32,000 bases of DNA from Nonlabens ponticola (GTDB taxonomy: Bacteria > Bacteroidota > Bacteroidia > Flavobacteriales > Flavobacteriaceae). The stretch is taken from assembly GCF_003966335.1 (NCBI RefSeq), contig NZ_CP034549.1, forward strand, positions 2,790,001 through 2,822,000. Direction: 5' to 3'. Both the position numbers and the translations under genes were made by a program. This document shows, piece by piece, positions 1-8,864 of this stretch. Numbering within the stretch: position 1 is the stretch's first letter; the number at the start of each line of letters is the position of its first letter. Under the pieces are notes generated by a model. That model did not search any database and was not told the origin of the DNA. It saw only the letters and a list, made by a program, of their open reading frames with translations.

Positions 1-17
1 CGATTGAAGTAGCGACC

Positions 18-560
18 ATGCAAGGACGTGAAAAGGCATATTTTGCCAGCGGTTGCTTCTGGTGCGTCGAGGAGATTTATGAGAGTGTAAAAGGCGTTGA
101 CGAGGCTATTTCTGGGTACAGCGGTGGTACTACCAAAAACCCAACATACGAGCAATCCAATACAGGAAATACTGGTCATGCAGAAGCTAATGAAATTATC
201 TATGATCCAACCGTAGTAAGTTTTGAAACACTAGTCGATGTGTATTTTGCATCCCAGAACATTGAGCAGGTAAACGGACAAGGACCAGATCGTGGCTCGC
301 AATATCGTAGTATCGTGTTTTATCAAAACGATGAACAAAAGAAGATCATCAATGACAAGATCGCTCAACTAGAAGCTGATGGCTACGACGTTGCTGCTGA
401 GGTCAAACCATTCCAGAAATTTTGGGTGGCAGAGGATTATCATCAGGATTATGCAGAACGTAATCCTAGCAACGGATATATTCAAAACGTGTCCATACCT
501 AGATGGAGAAGATTTGCCAAAGAAATGCCTGAAGTGATCAAAGATGGCGTTAGTCATTAA
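18..560 (+). CDS. msrA: peptide-methionine (S)-S-oxide reductase MsrA
   Basis: 180-aa ORF with the N-terminal GCFWC active-site motif and a C-terminal DYHQDY MsrA-type signature. The frame stays open back to base 3, so the true start may lie upstream of the window. Confidence 0.9.
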   Translation: MQGREKAYFASGCFWCVEEIYESVKGVDEAISGYSGGTTKNPTYEQSNTGNTGHAEANEIIYDPTVVSFETLVDVYFASQNIEQVNGQGPDRGSQYRSIVFYQNDEQKKIINDKIAQLEADGYDVAAEVKPFQKFWVAEDYHQDYAERNPSNGYIQNVSIPRWRRFAKEMPEVIKDGVSH

Positions 561-584
561 GCAAGTTTCAATAAATTTTAAAAA

Positions 585-614
585 GGGTTTCAAAATAATT
601 TGAGACCCTTTTTT
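585..614 (+). terminator. intrinsic terminator after msrA
   Basis: GGGTTTCA (585-592) pairs with TGAGACCC (601-608), with one G-U pair. An 8-nt loop is followed by TTTTTT (609-614). Confidence 0.7.
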
Positions 615-709
615 ATCTCAACTCTATTATTGACCGTGGTTCGGCTAATCTTCTAGCATTTGATTATCAATCGTTTCAGCCTTATTTTAAAATAAACTTG
701 GTCAATAAA

Positions 710-717
710 TAATTTTG
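710..717 (+). promoter_or_regulatory. candidate Bacteroidota -7 promoter box (TAATTTTG)
   Basis: Matches the TAnnTTTG consensus, 17 nt upstream of the Asn-leader ATG. No clear -33 TTG at canonical spacing. Confidence 0.35.
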
Positions 718-734
718 CCTACATTTACCACATC

Positions 735-785
735 ATGAAAAACATGAATAATAATAACGAGAATAATAATCCTTTACTAACGTAA
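735..785 (+). CDS. Asn-rich leader peptide (MKNMNNNNENNNPLLT) upstream of asnB
   Basis: 16-codon ORF in which 8 codons are Asn (AAT/AAC). It is followed 30 nt later by a strong terminator and then asnB, which is the classic attenuator layout. Confidence 0.65.
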   Translation: MKNMNNNNENNNPLLT

Positions 786-815
786 GGTAGATCTCGTTGT
801 TTGCAAAAAATCAAA

Positions 816-842
816 AGGTCTACTGTAAAGTAGGCCTTTTTT
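816..842 (+). terminator. attenuator terminator in the asnB leader
   Basis: AGGTCTACT (816-824) pairs with AGTAGGCCT (829-837): a 9-bp stem with one G-U and a GTAA loop. A T-run (837-842) ends 22 nt before the asnB ATG. GTAGATCT (788-795) can pair with 816-823 as an antiterminator. Confidence 0.7.
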
Positions 843-864
843 CATTTAAAAAAACCAACCAACC

Positions 865-2529
865 ATGTGTGGAATTGTAGCAGTATTTGATCTAAAAAAG
901 GAAAGCAGTGATCAGCGGGAAAAAGTTCTAGAGCTTTCAAAAAAACTAAGGCATCGAGGACCAGACTGGTCTGGAATCTATTGTGGTGATAATGCCATTC
1001 TCGCTCATGAGCGATTGACCATTGTTGATCCGCAATCTGGCGGACAACCGTTATACAGTCCAGATGGCAAAATAGTGCTTGCGGTGAATGGTGAGATCTA
1101 CAACCATCAAGAAATTAGAGATCGCTATGCAGCCTCTTATAAATTCAAAACAAAATCTGATTGTGAGGTCATCCTGGCTTTGTATCAAGACAAGGGCATG
1201 GATTTTTTAGATGAGCTTACAGGTATGTATGGATTTGCGCTATACGATAGCGACAAAGATATATTCATGGCGGCGCGTGATCATCAAGGGATTATTCCAT
1301 TGTATTATGGCCGCGACGACATGGGTCAACTGTACATTGCTAGCGAGCTTAAGGCGCTAGAAGGTACCTGCAAGGAAATTGCACCATTCCCACCAGGACA
1401 TTATTATACTAGTACGAGCAATGAATTTGTAAAATGGTATGATCGTGACTGGAAAGAGTACAATGCAGTAAAAGATAATACCAGCAGTGTGGCTGATCTT
1501 AAAAAGGCTATGGAAGATAGCGTTCATAGACACCTGATGAGTGACGTACCTTACGGCGTGCTATTGTCTGGTGGTCTGGATAGCTCTATCGTTAGTGCCG
1601 TTGCAAAAAAATATGCCGCACGACGCGTAGAGTCTGGTGACCATGCAGATGCCTGGTGGCCTCAATTACACTCTTTTGCCATAGGACTTGAAGGCAGTCC
1701 AGATCTAGAGGCCGCACAAGTGGTTGCAGATCATATTGGCACCGTGCATCATAGTGTAAACTTTACAATTCAAGAAGGATTAGACGCGGTAAAAGACGTG
1801 ATCTATTATCTTGAAACCTATGATGTAACCACAGTACGGGCATCAACACCTATGTACTTGCTGGCACGAGTGATCAAGTCAATGGGAATCAAGATGGTCC
1901 TTTCTGGTGAAGGAAGTGACGAGATTTTTGGTGGGTATTTATATTTTCACAAGGCACCTAATGCACAGGAATTTCATAAGGAAACAGTACGCAAACTGGA
2001 CACCTTGCATTTATATGATAACTTGAGAGCTAACAAATCGCTAGCAGCATGGGGAATTGAAGGCCGTGTACCATTTCTGGATAAGGAATTTATGGATGTT
2101 GCCATGCGCTTGAATCCGCAAGATAAAATGTGTGGCAACGGCAAGATGGAGAAACACATTTTGAGAGAAGCATTTGAAGATTATCTACCCAAGAGCGTAG
2201 CCTGGAGACAGAAAGAACAATTTAGTGATGGTGTTGGATACAACTGGATCGACACGCTTAAAGAAACGGTAAACGAGCAGGTCACAGATGAAATAATGGC
2301 GGCAGCAAGTTTCAAATTCAAGATCAATCCACCACAAAACAAGGAAGAATATTACTACCGCAGTATTTTTGAAGGACATTTCCCTAGTGATGCCGCCGCT
2401 AGTTGTGTGCCGTCCATTAAATCTGTGGCTTGTTCAACTCCAGTAGCGTTGGAATGGGATGCGGCATTTAAAAATATGAATGATCCATCTGGTAGAGCTG
2501 TCGCTGGAGTGCACGATGATGGTTATTAA
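865..2529 (+). CDS. asnB: asparagine synthase (glutamine-hydrolysing)
   Basis: 554 aa. N-terminal MCGI supplies the Cys2 nucleophile of class-II amidotransferases. SGGLDSS PP-loop present. Same length class as enterobacterial AsnB. Confidence 0.95.
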   Translation: MCGIVAVFDLKKESSDQREKVLELSKKLRHRGPDWSGIYCGDNAILAHERLTIVDPQSGGQPLYSPDGKIVLAVNGEIYNHQEIRDRYAASYKFKTKSDCEVILALYQDKGMDFLDELTGMYGFALYDSDKDIFMAARDHQGIIPLYYGRDDMGQLYIASELKALEGTCKEIAPFPPGHYYTSTSNEFVKWYDRDWKEYNAVKDNTSSVADLKKAMEDSVHRHLMSDVPYGVLLSGGLDSSIVSAVAKKYAARRVESGDHADAWWPQLHSFAIGLEGSPDLEAAQVVADHIGTVHHSVNFTIQEGLDAVKDVIYYLETYDVTTVRASTPMYLLARVIKSMGIKMVLSGEGSDEIFGGYLYFHKAPNAQEFHKETVRKLDTLHLYDNLRANKSLAAWGIEGRVPFLDKEFMDVAMRLNPQDKMCGNGKMEKHILREAFEDYLPKSVAWRQKEQFSDGVGYNWIDTLKETVNEQVTDEIMAAASFKFKINPPQNKEEYYYRSIFEGHFPSDAAASCVPSIKSVACSTPVALEWDAAFKNMNDPSGRAVAGVHDDGY

Positions 2530-2550
2530 AATGTGGTGAATAATGTTTGC

Positions 2551-2564
2551 GCTTTCGCGAAAGC
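2551..2564. repeat. iterated palindrome GCTTTCGCGAAAGC, copy 1 (intergenic)
   Basis: Exact 14-mer, 21 nt after the asnB stop. Extended palindrome CGCTTTCGCGAAAGCG. Confidence 0.95.
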
Positions 2565-2569
2565 GTAAT

Positions 2570-2577
2570 TATCTTTA
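2570..2577 (+). promoter_or_regulatory. candidate -7 promoter box (TATCTTTA, imperfect)
   Basis: 7/8 match to TAnnTTTG, 7 nt upstream of the trp leader ATG. The his leader shows the same spacing. Confidence 0.25.
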
Positions 2578-2584
2578 CACTTCA

Positions 2585-2638
2585 ATGCAAGAAAGAACTC
2601 AAAACTGGTGGTGGTACAACATAGCTCAACAGCCGTGA
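2585..2638 (+). CDS. trpL: trp operon leader peptide (MQERTQNWWWYNIAQQP)
   Basis: 17-codon ORF with three consecutive TGG codons (2606-2614), followed by a terminator and trpE. Confidence 0.75.
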   Translation: MQERTQNWWWYNIAQQP

Positions 2639-2662
2639 AGTCACCCGTATGTTTAAATACAA

Positions 2663-2689
2663 AGGTCTGCTTTACGGCAGGCCTTTTTT
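2663..2689 (+). terminator. trp attenuator terminator
   Basis: AGGTCTGC (2663-2670) pairs with GCAGGCCT (2677-2684), followed by a T-run (2684-2689). GCCGTGAAG (2632-2640, spanning the leader stop codon) can pair with CTTTACGGC (2670-2678) as an antiterminator. Confidence 0.75.
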
Positions 2690-2721
2690 GTTTTAATCTT
2701 TTATTGCACTAATAAATAATC

Positions 2722-4122
2722 ATGTTCAAACCTATAACAACACATAAAAATATCCTGGCAGACACGTTGACGCCAGTAGGTATTTACATGCGGTTGAGAG
2801 ACAAGTATCCAGGTAGTATTCTATTGGAGAGTAACGAGTACGGCAGTCGCAGCAACAGCTATTCCTTTATTTGTTGTAATCCAGTAGCTAGTCTCAATAT
2901 CGACCAGAATTTCATAAGTATGAGCTATCCAGACGGCAGCTCTCATGAACAAGAATTTGATTTGTCCTATGATCTAGCTCGTGGTCTAGAAAAATTTAAA
3001 GATCAATTCTATAGGGATGATAATGAGTTTTCATTTCCTACTAATGGACTGTTTGGATACCTTACGTATGACGCGGTTCAATTATTTGAAAATATCAAAT
3101 TTGACCCTAGTAAAATTGAAACTGATGCCATACCCATGGTCAACTATCAGGTATTTCAAAATGTATTGGTTTTTGACCACTATCACAATCAGCTATATGT
3201 ATTTGACCATGCATATAATGGTGCAGATTCTAAGATGGAATCACTTGTGGACACGATAGAACATCGCGATATTGCTCGGTACAGTTTCAATACCACGCAA
3301 GCTGAACAGTCAGAGATGCAAGATCAAGATTTTAAAAATCTTGTAGCCAAGGGCAAGCAACATTGTCAGCGTGGTGATGTTTTCCAGATCGTCGTCTCAC
3401 GCAAGTTCTCGCAATCCTATAAGGGCGATGATTTCAATGTCTACAGGCAATTAAGAGCGATCAACCCTAGTCCTTATCTATTCTATTTTGATTACGGGAA
3501 CTTTAGAATATTTGGATCCTCGCCAGAGGCTCAAATATTGATCAATGACGATACTGCCAGCATTCAGCCTATCGCAGGAACCTACAAGCGTACAGGAGAT
3601 GATGCCGCAGATTTGCAAGCAGCAAATGACCTTAAAAAGGATCCTAAAGAAGCAGCAGAACATATCATGCTCGTTGATCTGGCTCGCAATGACCTAAGCA
3701 GACATGCTCGCGATGTACAGGTAACAGATTATCAAAATATTCATTTTTATTCTCATGTAATTCATATGGTGAGTACGGTTACAGGCAAAGTAGCGCAAGA
3801 AGATCGTATGGACTTGATAGGCGACACGTTTCCTGCTGGAACATTGAGCGGTGCGCCTAAATATCGCGCCATGCAATTAATCGATGGTCTAGAAAAAAGC
3901 GCTCGGCAATTTTATGGTGGTGCAATAGGATACTTAGGATTTGACGGTAGCCTTAATCACGCCATCATCATTAGAACTATACTATCACAAAATAATACCA
4001 TGTTTTACCGTGCTGGTGCTGGAGTTGTGGTCGACAGCAATCTGGATAGTGAAAATCAAGAAGTTTATAACAAAACCAACGCTTTAAGAAAAGCTATAGA
4101 ACAAGCAAATGAAACAGTTTAA
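2722..4122 (+). CDS. trpE: anthranilate synthase component I
   Basis: 466 aa. N-terminal LLES Trp-feedback motif. Chorismate-binding C-terminal domain (GTLSGAPK, GGAIGY). Confidence 0.95.
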   Translation: MFKPITTHKNILADTLTPVGIYMRLRDKYPGSILLESNEYGSRSNSYSFICCNPVASLNIDQNFISMSYPDGSSHEQEFDLSYDLARGLEKFKDQFYRDDNEFSFPTNGLFGYLTYDAVQLFENIKFDPSKIETDAIPMVNYQVFQNVLVFDHYHNQLYVFDHAYNGADSKMESLVDTIEHRDIARYSFNTTQAEQSEMQDQDFKNLVAKGKQHCQRGDVFQIVVSRKFSQSYKGDDFNVYRQLRAINPSPYLFYFDYGNFRIFGSSPEAQILINDDTASIQPIAGTYKRTGDDAADLQAANDLKKDPKEAAEHIMLVDLARNDLSRHARDVQVTDYQNIHFYSHVIHMVSTVTGKVAQEDRMDLIGDTFPAGTLSGAPKYRAMQLIDGLEKSARQFYGGAIGYLGFDGSLNHAIIIRTILSQNNTMFYRAGAGVVVDSNLDSENQEVYNKTNALRKAIEQANETV

Positions 4123-4597
4123 AACCATTTTGTCAATCATTATCGCCGCTCTCGCATTAACATCATGCGATAATGATAGAGTACTTTTCAAAACCAATCT
4201 TGAAACTAATGACCAAAAAACGAACATAACATATTCACCTAATTTGAATTTTGAATTTGTGGTCGACAGCGCATCTGTTCTTCTTGACAATGAGGATTTG
4301 AAAAATGCCTTACGTGGCGAGACGGCAAAGGGTGGAACGTTATACAAATCAGATAGATTTCAAGTGAAGTTATTCCTAACTACTTTTTATTATTCTGGTG
4401 TTTATCAATATGAATTCAAACTACGCACCTTTAGTAAAGACATGAAAATCATTGATTCTTATACTTTTTCACAAACTACTAGAGATCCTGCCTGTGCCGC
4501 TACCCTAACTAGCGATCTGGAAATCACAAAAAGTTGTGAAGATGGATCAGAAATTATTGCCCAAATTGACGATTACGGTAAATTCATTGAGCGATGA
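4109..4597 (+). CDS. hypothetical lipoprotein embedded in the trp operon
   Basis: 162 aa. Signal peptide with lipobox LTS-C (Cys20). The start overlaps the trpE end by 14 nt and the stop overlaps the trpG start (ATGA). No family recognised. Confidence 0.6.
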   Translation: MKQFKTILSIIIAALALTSCDNDRVLFKTNLETNDQKTNITYSPNLNFEFVVDSASVLLDNEDLKNALRGETAKGGTLYKSDRFQVKLFLTTFYYSGVYQYEFKLRTFSKDMKIIDSYTFSQTTRDPACAATLTSDLEITKSCEDGSEIIAQIDDYGKFIER

Positions 4598-5169
4598 AAA
4601 AGTCACCTAACATTCTTGTTGTTGACAATTACGACAGCTTTACCTACAACCTAGTTCACTATTTAGAAGATCTCGAGGCAACGGTAACGGTGTACCGCAA
4701 TGATGAAATTGAACCAGAGGATACGTTGTCGTATGACGCTATTGTACTATCGCCAGGACCTGGAATTCCCAAGGAAGCAGGAAATCTCATGGATATTATT
4801 GAGACTGCAAAAGGTAAAGTTCCGCTTCTAGGAATTTGCTTGGGACATCAAGCAATTACAGAATCCTACGGCGGCACTATCATTAATCTAGATAAAGTTT
4901 ATCACGGTATCGCGACGACAATGACACATCACGGTAGCGATTTATTTGCAGGTATTGATGAGCAATTTGAGGCTGGTAGATACCATTCTTGGAATGCTCT
5001 AAAATCTGACTTCCCAAAAGAATTAGAAGTTACAGCCATTGATGAACAAGGTGAGATCATGGCATTGCGTCACAGGGAACTACCTATTTACGGCGTGCAG
5101 TTTCATCCAGAAAGTATCATGACGCCACAAGGTAAAATTATGCTCAAGAACTTTTTAAACAGCTTATAA
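4594..5169 (+). CDS. trpG: anthranilate synthase component II (glutamine amidotransferase)
   Basis: 191 aa. GICLGHQ catalytic Cys and HPES motif of class-I amidotransferases. Confidence 0.93.
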   Translation: MKKSPNILVVDNYDSFTYNLVHYLEDLEATVTVYRNDEIEPEDTLSYDAIVLSPGPGIPKEAGNLMDIIETAKGKVPLLGICLGHQAITESYGGTIINLDKVYHGIATTMTHHGSDLFAGIDEQFEAGRYHSWNALKSDFPKELEVTAIDEQGEIMALRHRELPIYGVQFHPESIMTPQGKIMLKNFLNSL

Positions 5170-5170
5170 T

Positions 5171-6163
5171 ATGAAAGAGATTTTGAATGAGTTGTTTGAT
5201 CATAAGACGCTTTCGCGAAAGCGTGCTCACGACATACTTACAGCCATAACAGCTGGTGAAGTCAATGATGCACAGATCGCCGCATTTCTTACCGTGTACG
5301 GAATGCGCAGCGTGACAGTGGATGAGCTCGCTGGTTTCCGCGATGCTATGCTGGAGCAGGCTTTGCTTATTGATCTAACCAAATACAATCCTATTGATTT
5401 ATGTGGTACTGGCGGCGATGGCAAGAACACTTTTAATATCAGTACACTAGCAAGCTTCGTTACTGCTGGTGCTGGAGTGAAAGTTGCCAAACACGGTAAT
5501 TATGGAGTAAGTTCTGTAAGCGGTTCTAGTAATGTAATGGAATCCATGGGTTTCAAGTTTACCAATGATTTTGAAACGCTGGAAAGGCAAATTGATCAAG
5601 CGAATATATGTTTCCTGCACGCTCCCTTATTTCACCCTGCGATGAAAGCAGTAGCACCAATTAGAAGAGCACTCGGAATCAAAACATTTTTCAATATGTT
5701 GGGTCCACTTGTAAATCCAGCAAGACCCAAATTACAAAGTGTTGGTGTTTTTAATTTGCAATTAGCGCGCAACTATGAATATCTGTTCCAAAATGAAGAA
5801 GGAAAACGATATGCTATCCTGCATGCACACGACGGTTATGACGAGGTGAGTTTGACGGGAAAAACAAGAGTTGCTGGTAACAATGGTGTGGTAGACTTAA
5901 AACCAGCAGACTTCAACTTAAATAAATTGACGCTGGAACAAATTGCTGGTGGCGAAACCGTTGAAGACGCAGCTGCCATCTTCAAAAATGTATTGGAAAA
6001 TAAGGCTACAGAGGCTCAAAAATCAGTCGTAATAGCAAACGCGGCAACCGCTATCGCTGTGGCTCAAGAAGTTTCACTTGTTGAAGCAGTTGGTAAAGCA
6101 AGAACATCATTAGAATCTAGCAAAGCGCTGGAATGCTTCAATAAATTACTGGAATTACAATAA
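5171..6163 (+). CDS. trpD: anthranilate phosphoribosyltransferase
   Basis: 330 aa. GTGGDG PRPP-binding motif and KHGN motif. Confidence 0.95.
   Translation: MKEILNELFDHKTLSRKRAHDILTAITAGEVNDAQIAAFLTVYGMRSVTVDELAGFRDAMLEQALLIDLTKYNPIDLCGTGGDGKNTFNISTLASFVTAGAGVKVAKHGNYGVSSVSGSSNVMESMGFKFTNDFETLERQIDQANICFLHAPLFHPAMKAVAPIRRALGIKTFFNMLGPLVNPARPKLQSVGVFNLQLARNYEYLFQNEEGKRYAILHAHDGYDEVSLTGKTRVAGNNGVVDLKPADFNLNKLTLEQIAGGETVEDAAAIFKNVLENKATEAQKSVVIANAATAIAVAQEVSLVEAVGKARTSLESSKALECFNKLLELQ
5209..5222. repeat. iterated palindrome copy 2 (inside trpD, read as LSRK)
   Basis: Exact 14-mer. Extended palindrome ACGCTTTCGCGAAAGCGT. Confidence 0.95.
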
Positions 6164-6250
6164 CATCAAATACGTTTACTATTGTGGGATTAATTCCGAA
6201 ATAATGAACCAAAAAGACTTAATACTTTGTACTAAATACTTCATACTATC

Positions 6251-7054
6251 GTGGAAGACATACTGAAAAAGATTACTGACCGCACCAAAGCAGATCTAAT
6301 GATCAGGAAGCAGAATACCTCACTTTCAGATCTTCGAGCTATGGAAAACTATTCTCGTGAGACCATATCATTTCACGACGGAATAAAATACGGTAGTGGT
6401 ATAATCGCAGAGCACAAAAGACAAAGCCCATCCAAAGGTTCTTTTAAATGCCCAGCAAGCCTTGAGGATATCGTCAAGGGTTATGAGGCTGCTGGTGCCA
6501 GTGCTATCAGTTGTTTGACTGATGAGCCTTTTTTTGGAGGTACTTTAAAAGATCTTCAAGAGGCTAGAACTCATGTTGACATTCCTATCCTGCGCAAAGA
6601 TTTTATGGTCGATCTATATCAGGTACACGAGGCACGCGCTTATGGCGCCGATGCTATATTACTCATCGCGGCCTGCTTAAATGACGAGGAACTTATCACA
6701 CTGTCTGCAGAGGCTATAAATCTTGATTTGGATATTCTATTCGAGGTTCACGATCTGGAAGAACTTAACCGAGTCAAGAAAGTAGTCAAAGACTTTAAAT
6801 CCAGCTCTTATGTCATAGGTGTCAATAATCGCGATTTGAAAAAATTTAAGACTGATATTCAAATAAGCAAAGACTTATTAGAGCACTTCCCTAAGAAAGC
6901 GCTGGCCATCAGCGAGAGTGGTATTTCAGGTCCAGAAGTGGTTCAAGAGTTGCAAGATTTAGGTTATCGCGGTTTTCTCATTGGTGAGAATTTCATGAAA
7001 ACTAACGATCCTGGACGCAGCTGTGCCAAGTTTATAAAAGCGACGACGCTATGA
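6251..7054 (+). CDS. trpC: indole-3-glycerol phosphate synthase
   Basis: 267 aa from a GTG start. IAEHKRQSPSKG motif. 4-nt overlap with trpF. Confidence 0.92.
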   Translation: MEDILKKITDRTKADLMIRKQNTSLSDLRAMENYSRETISFHDGIKYGSGIIAEHKRQSPSKGSFKCPASLEDIVKGYEAAGASAISCLTDEPFFGGTLKDLQEARTHVDIPILRKDFMVDLYQVHEARAYGADAILLIAACLNDEELITLSAEAINLDLDILFEVHDLEELNRVKKVVKDFKSSSYVIGVNNRDLKKFKTDIQISKDLLEHFPKKALAISESGISGPEVVQELQDLGYRGFLIGENFMKTNDPGRSCAKFIKATTL

Positions 7055-7689
7055 TGATCAAAGTTTGCGGCATGCGAGAAACGAGCAATATCGATGAACT
7101 ACAACAACTCGATATTGATTTTATGGGCATCATCCGCTATCCTAAAAGCAAGCGGTATGTTGACGATCAGCAAAAGGCTGCCATTGAGCAATGCACGATG
7201 AATAAAGGCACCGTTGGCGTTTACGTCAATGCGTCCCTACAAGACATCTTGCAGGATATCATTCCCTTACAGATGGATGTTGTACAGTTGCACGGTGATG
7301 AGGATTCCGCTTTCGCGAAAGCATTACTAGAATTAGACATCAAGGTATTTAAGGCATTTCAAATTACCGATGACTTTGACTTTGATATTCTGAAAGATTG
7401 GGAACAACTAGCTGAAGCCTATCAAGGAAAATTATTTTTCCTATTTGACACAGCAACCAAAAATTATGGCGGCAGCGGCAAGAAATTTAATTGGCAATTA
7501 CTCGACAACTATCAAGGAATGGTGCCTTTTCTATTAAGCGGTGGCATTGCGCCAGATGATGCAGAGTCCATTAAGAATATCAAACACGACATGTTTCTGG
7601 GAGTGGATCTCAACTCGCGATTTGAGGACGAGCCAGGAATTAAAAATATCAAAGCTATCAAAGGCTTTGTTGAAAAATTGAGAAAATGA
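7051..7689 (+). CDS. trpF: phosphoribosylanthranilate isomerase
   Basis: 212 aa. N-terminal IKVCGM motif. Overlaps trpC and trpB by 4 nt each. Confidence 0.9.
   Translation: MMIKVCGMRETSNIDELQQLDIDFMGIIRYPKSKRYVDDQQKAAIEQCTMNKGTVGVYVNASLQDILQDIIPLQMDVVQLHGDEDSAFAKALLELDIKVFKAFQITDDFDFDILKDWEQLAEAYQGKLFFLFDTATKNYGGSGKKFNWQLLDNYQGMVPFLLSGGIAPDDAESIKNIKHDMFLGVDLNSRFEDEPGIKNIKAIKGFVEKLRK
7309..7322. repeat. iterated palindrome copy 3 (inside trpF, read as AFAKA)
   Basis: Exact 14-mer with a GATTCC 5' flank. Confidence 0.95.
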
Positions 7690-8861
7690 GCTATCAAGTA
7701 GATGAGAAAGGATTTTACGGCGAGTTCGGCGGTGCTTTCATACCAGAATTGCTGTATCCTAATATTGAGGAACTTCAGGAAAACTATCTGAAGATCGAGA
7801 AAAGTGAGGAATTCCAACAGGAGTTTCACCAACTGCTCAAGGATTATGTAGGCCGCCCAACACCCTTGTTTTTGGCAAAGCGACTGTCTGCTAAATACGG
7901 CGCTGAAATCTGGTTAAAACGCGAAGATCTTTGTCACACTGGTGCTCACAAAGTAAATAACACGATAGGCCAAATCCTACTTGCAGAAAAACTCGGCAAG
8001 AAACGCATCATCGCAGAAACCGGTGCAGGTCAACATGGTGTCGCCACCGCAACTGTTTGTGCCTTAAAAGGTCTGGATTGTATCGTCTATATGGGCGAGA
8101 AAGATATTGAACGACAAGCACCCAACGTTGCACGCATGAAAATGCTCGGCGCAGAGGTTAGACCAGCAACCAGCGGCTCTAAAACGCTAAAAGATGCTAC
8201 AAACGAGGCTATGCGCGACTGGATCAACAATCCAGAAGACACGCACTACATTATAGGATCGGTAGTTGGACCGCATCCCTATCCAGATATGGTGGCGAGA
8301 TATCAAGCCATCATTTCTAAAGAGATCAAAGAGCAAATGCAAGGTTTGCCTGATTATGTTATTGCTTGTGTAGGTGGTGGAAGTAATGCCATGGGTGCAT
8401 TTTATCACTTTTTGGATGATCCAACAGTCAAACTCATAGGTGTTGAAGCGGCTGGAATGGGCGTAGATACAGACAAAACTGCCGCGACTTTGACCTTAGG
8501 AACACCAGGAGTTTTACACGCCAGCAGATCCATCATGATGCAAGATAAAGACGGTCAAGTAGTAGAACCACACAGTATAAGTGCTGGACTTGATTATCCA
8601 GGCATTGGACCAGCACACGCTTGGTTAAAAGTTTCTGATCGTGCTAAGTACATGGCTGTCACCGATGCCGATGCGTTGACTGCTGCTGTAGAATGCAGCC
8701 GATTAGAAGGCATTATTCCTGCCTTGGAAACTGCTCACGCTTTTTCTGTTTTGAAAGATCTAGAATTGAAACCAACAGATCGTGTGGTGATCAACTTATC
8801 AGGTCGTGGTGATAAAGATATGGACACCTATATGCGTGAATTGAAACTCAACGAACTTTAA
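7686..8861 (+). CDS. trpB: tryptophan synthase beta chain
   Basis: 391 aa. [12 protein letters not shown]-lysine motif and GGGSNA motif. Confidence 0.97.
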   Translation: MSYQVDEKGFYGEFGGAFIPELLYPNIEELQENYLKIEKSEEFQQEFHQLLKDYVGRPTPLFLAKRLSAKYGAEIWLKREDLCHTGAHKVNNTIGQILLAEKLGKKRIIAETGAGQHGVATATVCALKGLDCIVYMGEKDIERQAPNVARMKMLGAEVRPATSGSKTLKDATNEAMRDWINNPEDTHYIIGSVVGPHPYPDMVARYQAIISKEIKEQMQGLPDYVIACVGGGSNAMGAFYHFLDDPTVKLIGVEAAGMGVDTDKTAATLTLGTPGVLHASRSIMMQDKDGQVVEPHSISAGLDYPGIGPAHAWLKVSDRAKYMAVTDADALTAAVECSRLEGIIPALETAHAFSVLKDLELKPTDRVVINLSGRGDKDMDTYMRELKLNEL

Positions 8862-8864
8862 GCT

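Noticed and set aside
369-593. Antisense or alternate-frame ORFs of 60-150 aa inside annotated genes (for example 369-593, 5227-5490, 11142-11525, 14031-14489, 15346-15645, 18723-19088, 19499-19813, 30419-30730, 31313-31585)
   Set aside because: Each is fully embedded in a longer ORF that carries strong family motifs. Their translations are low-complexity or Cys/Ser/Leu-rich, as is typical of shadow frames.
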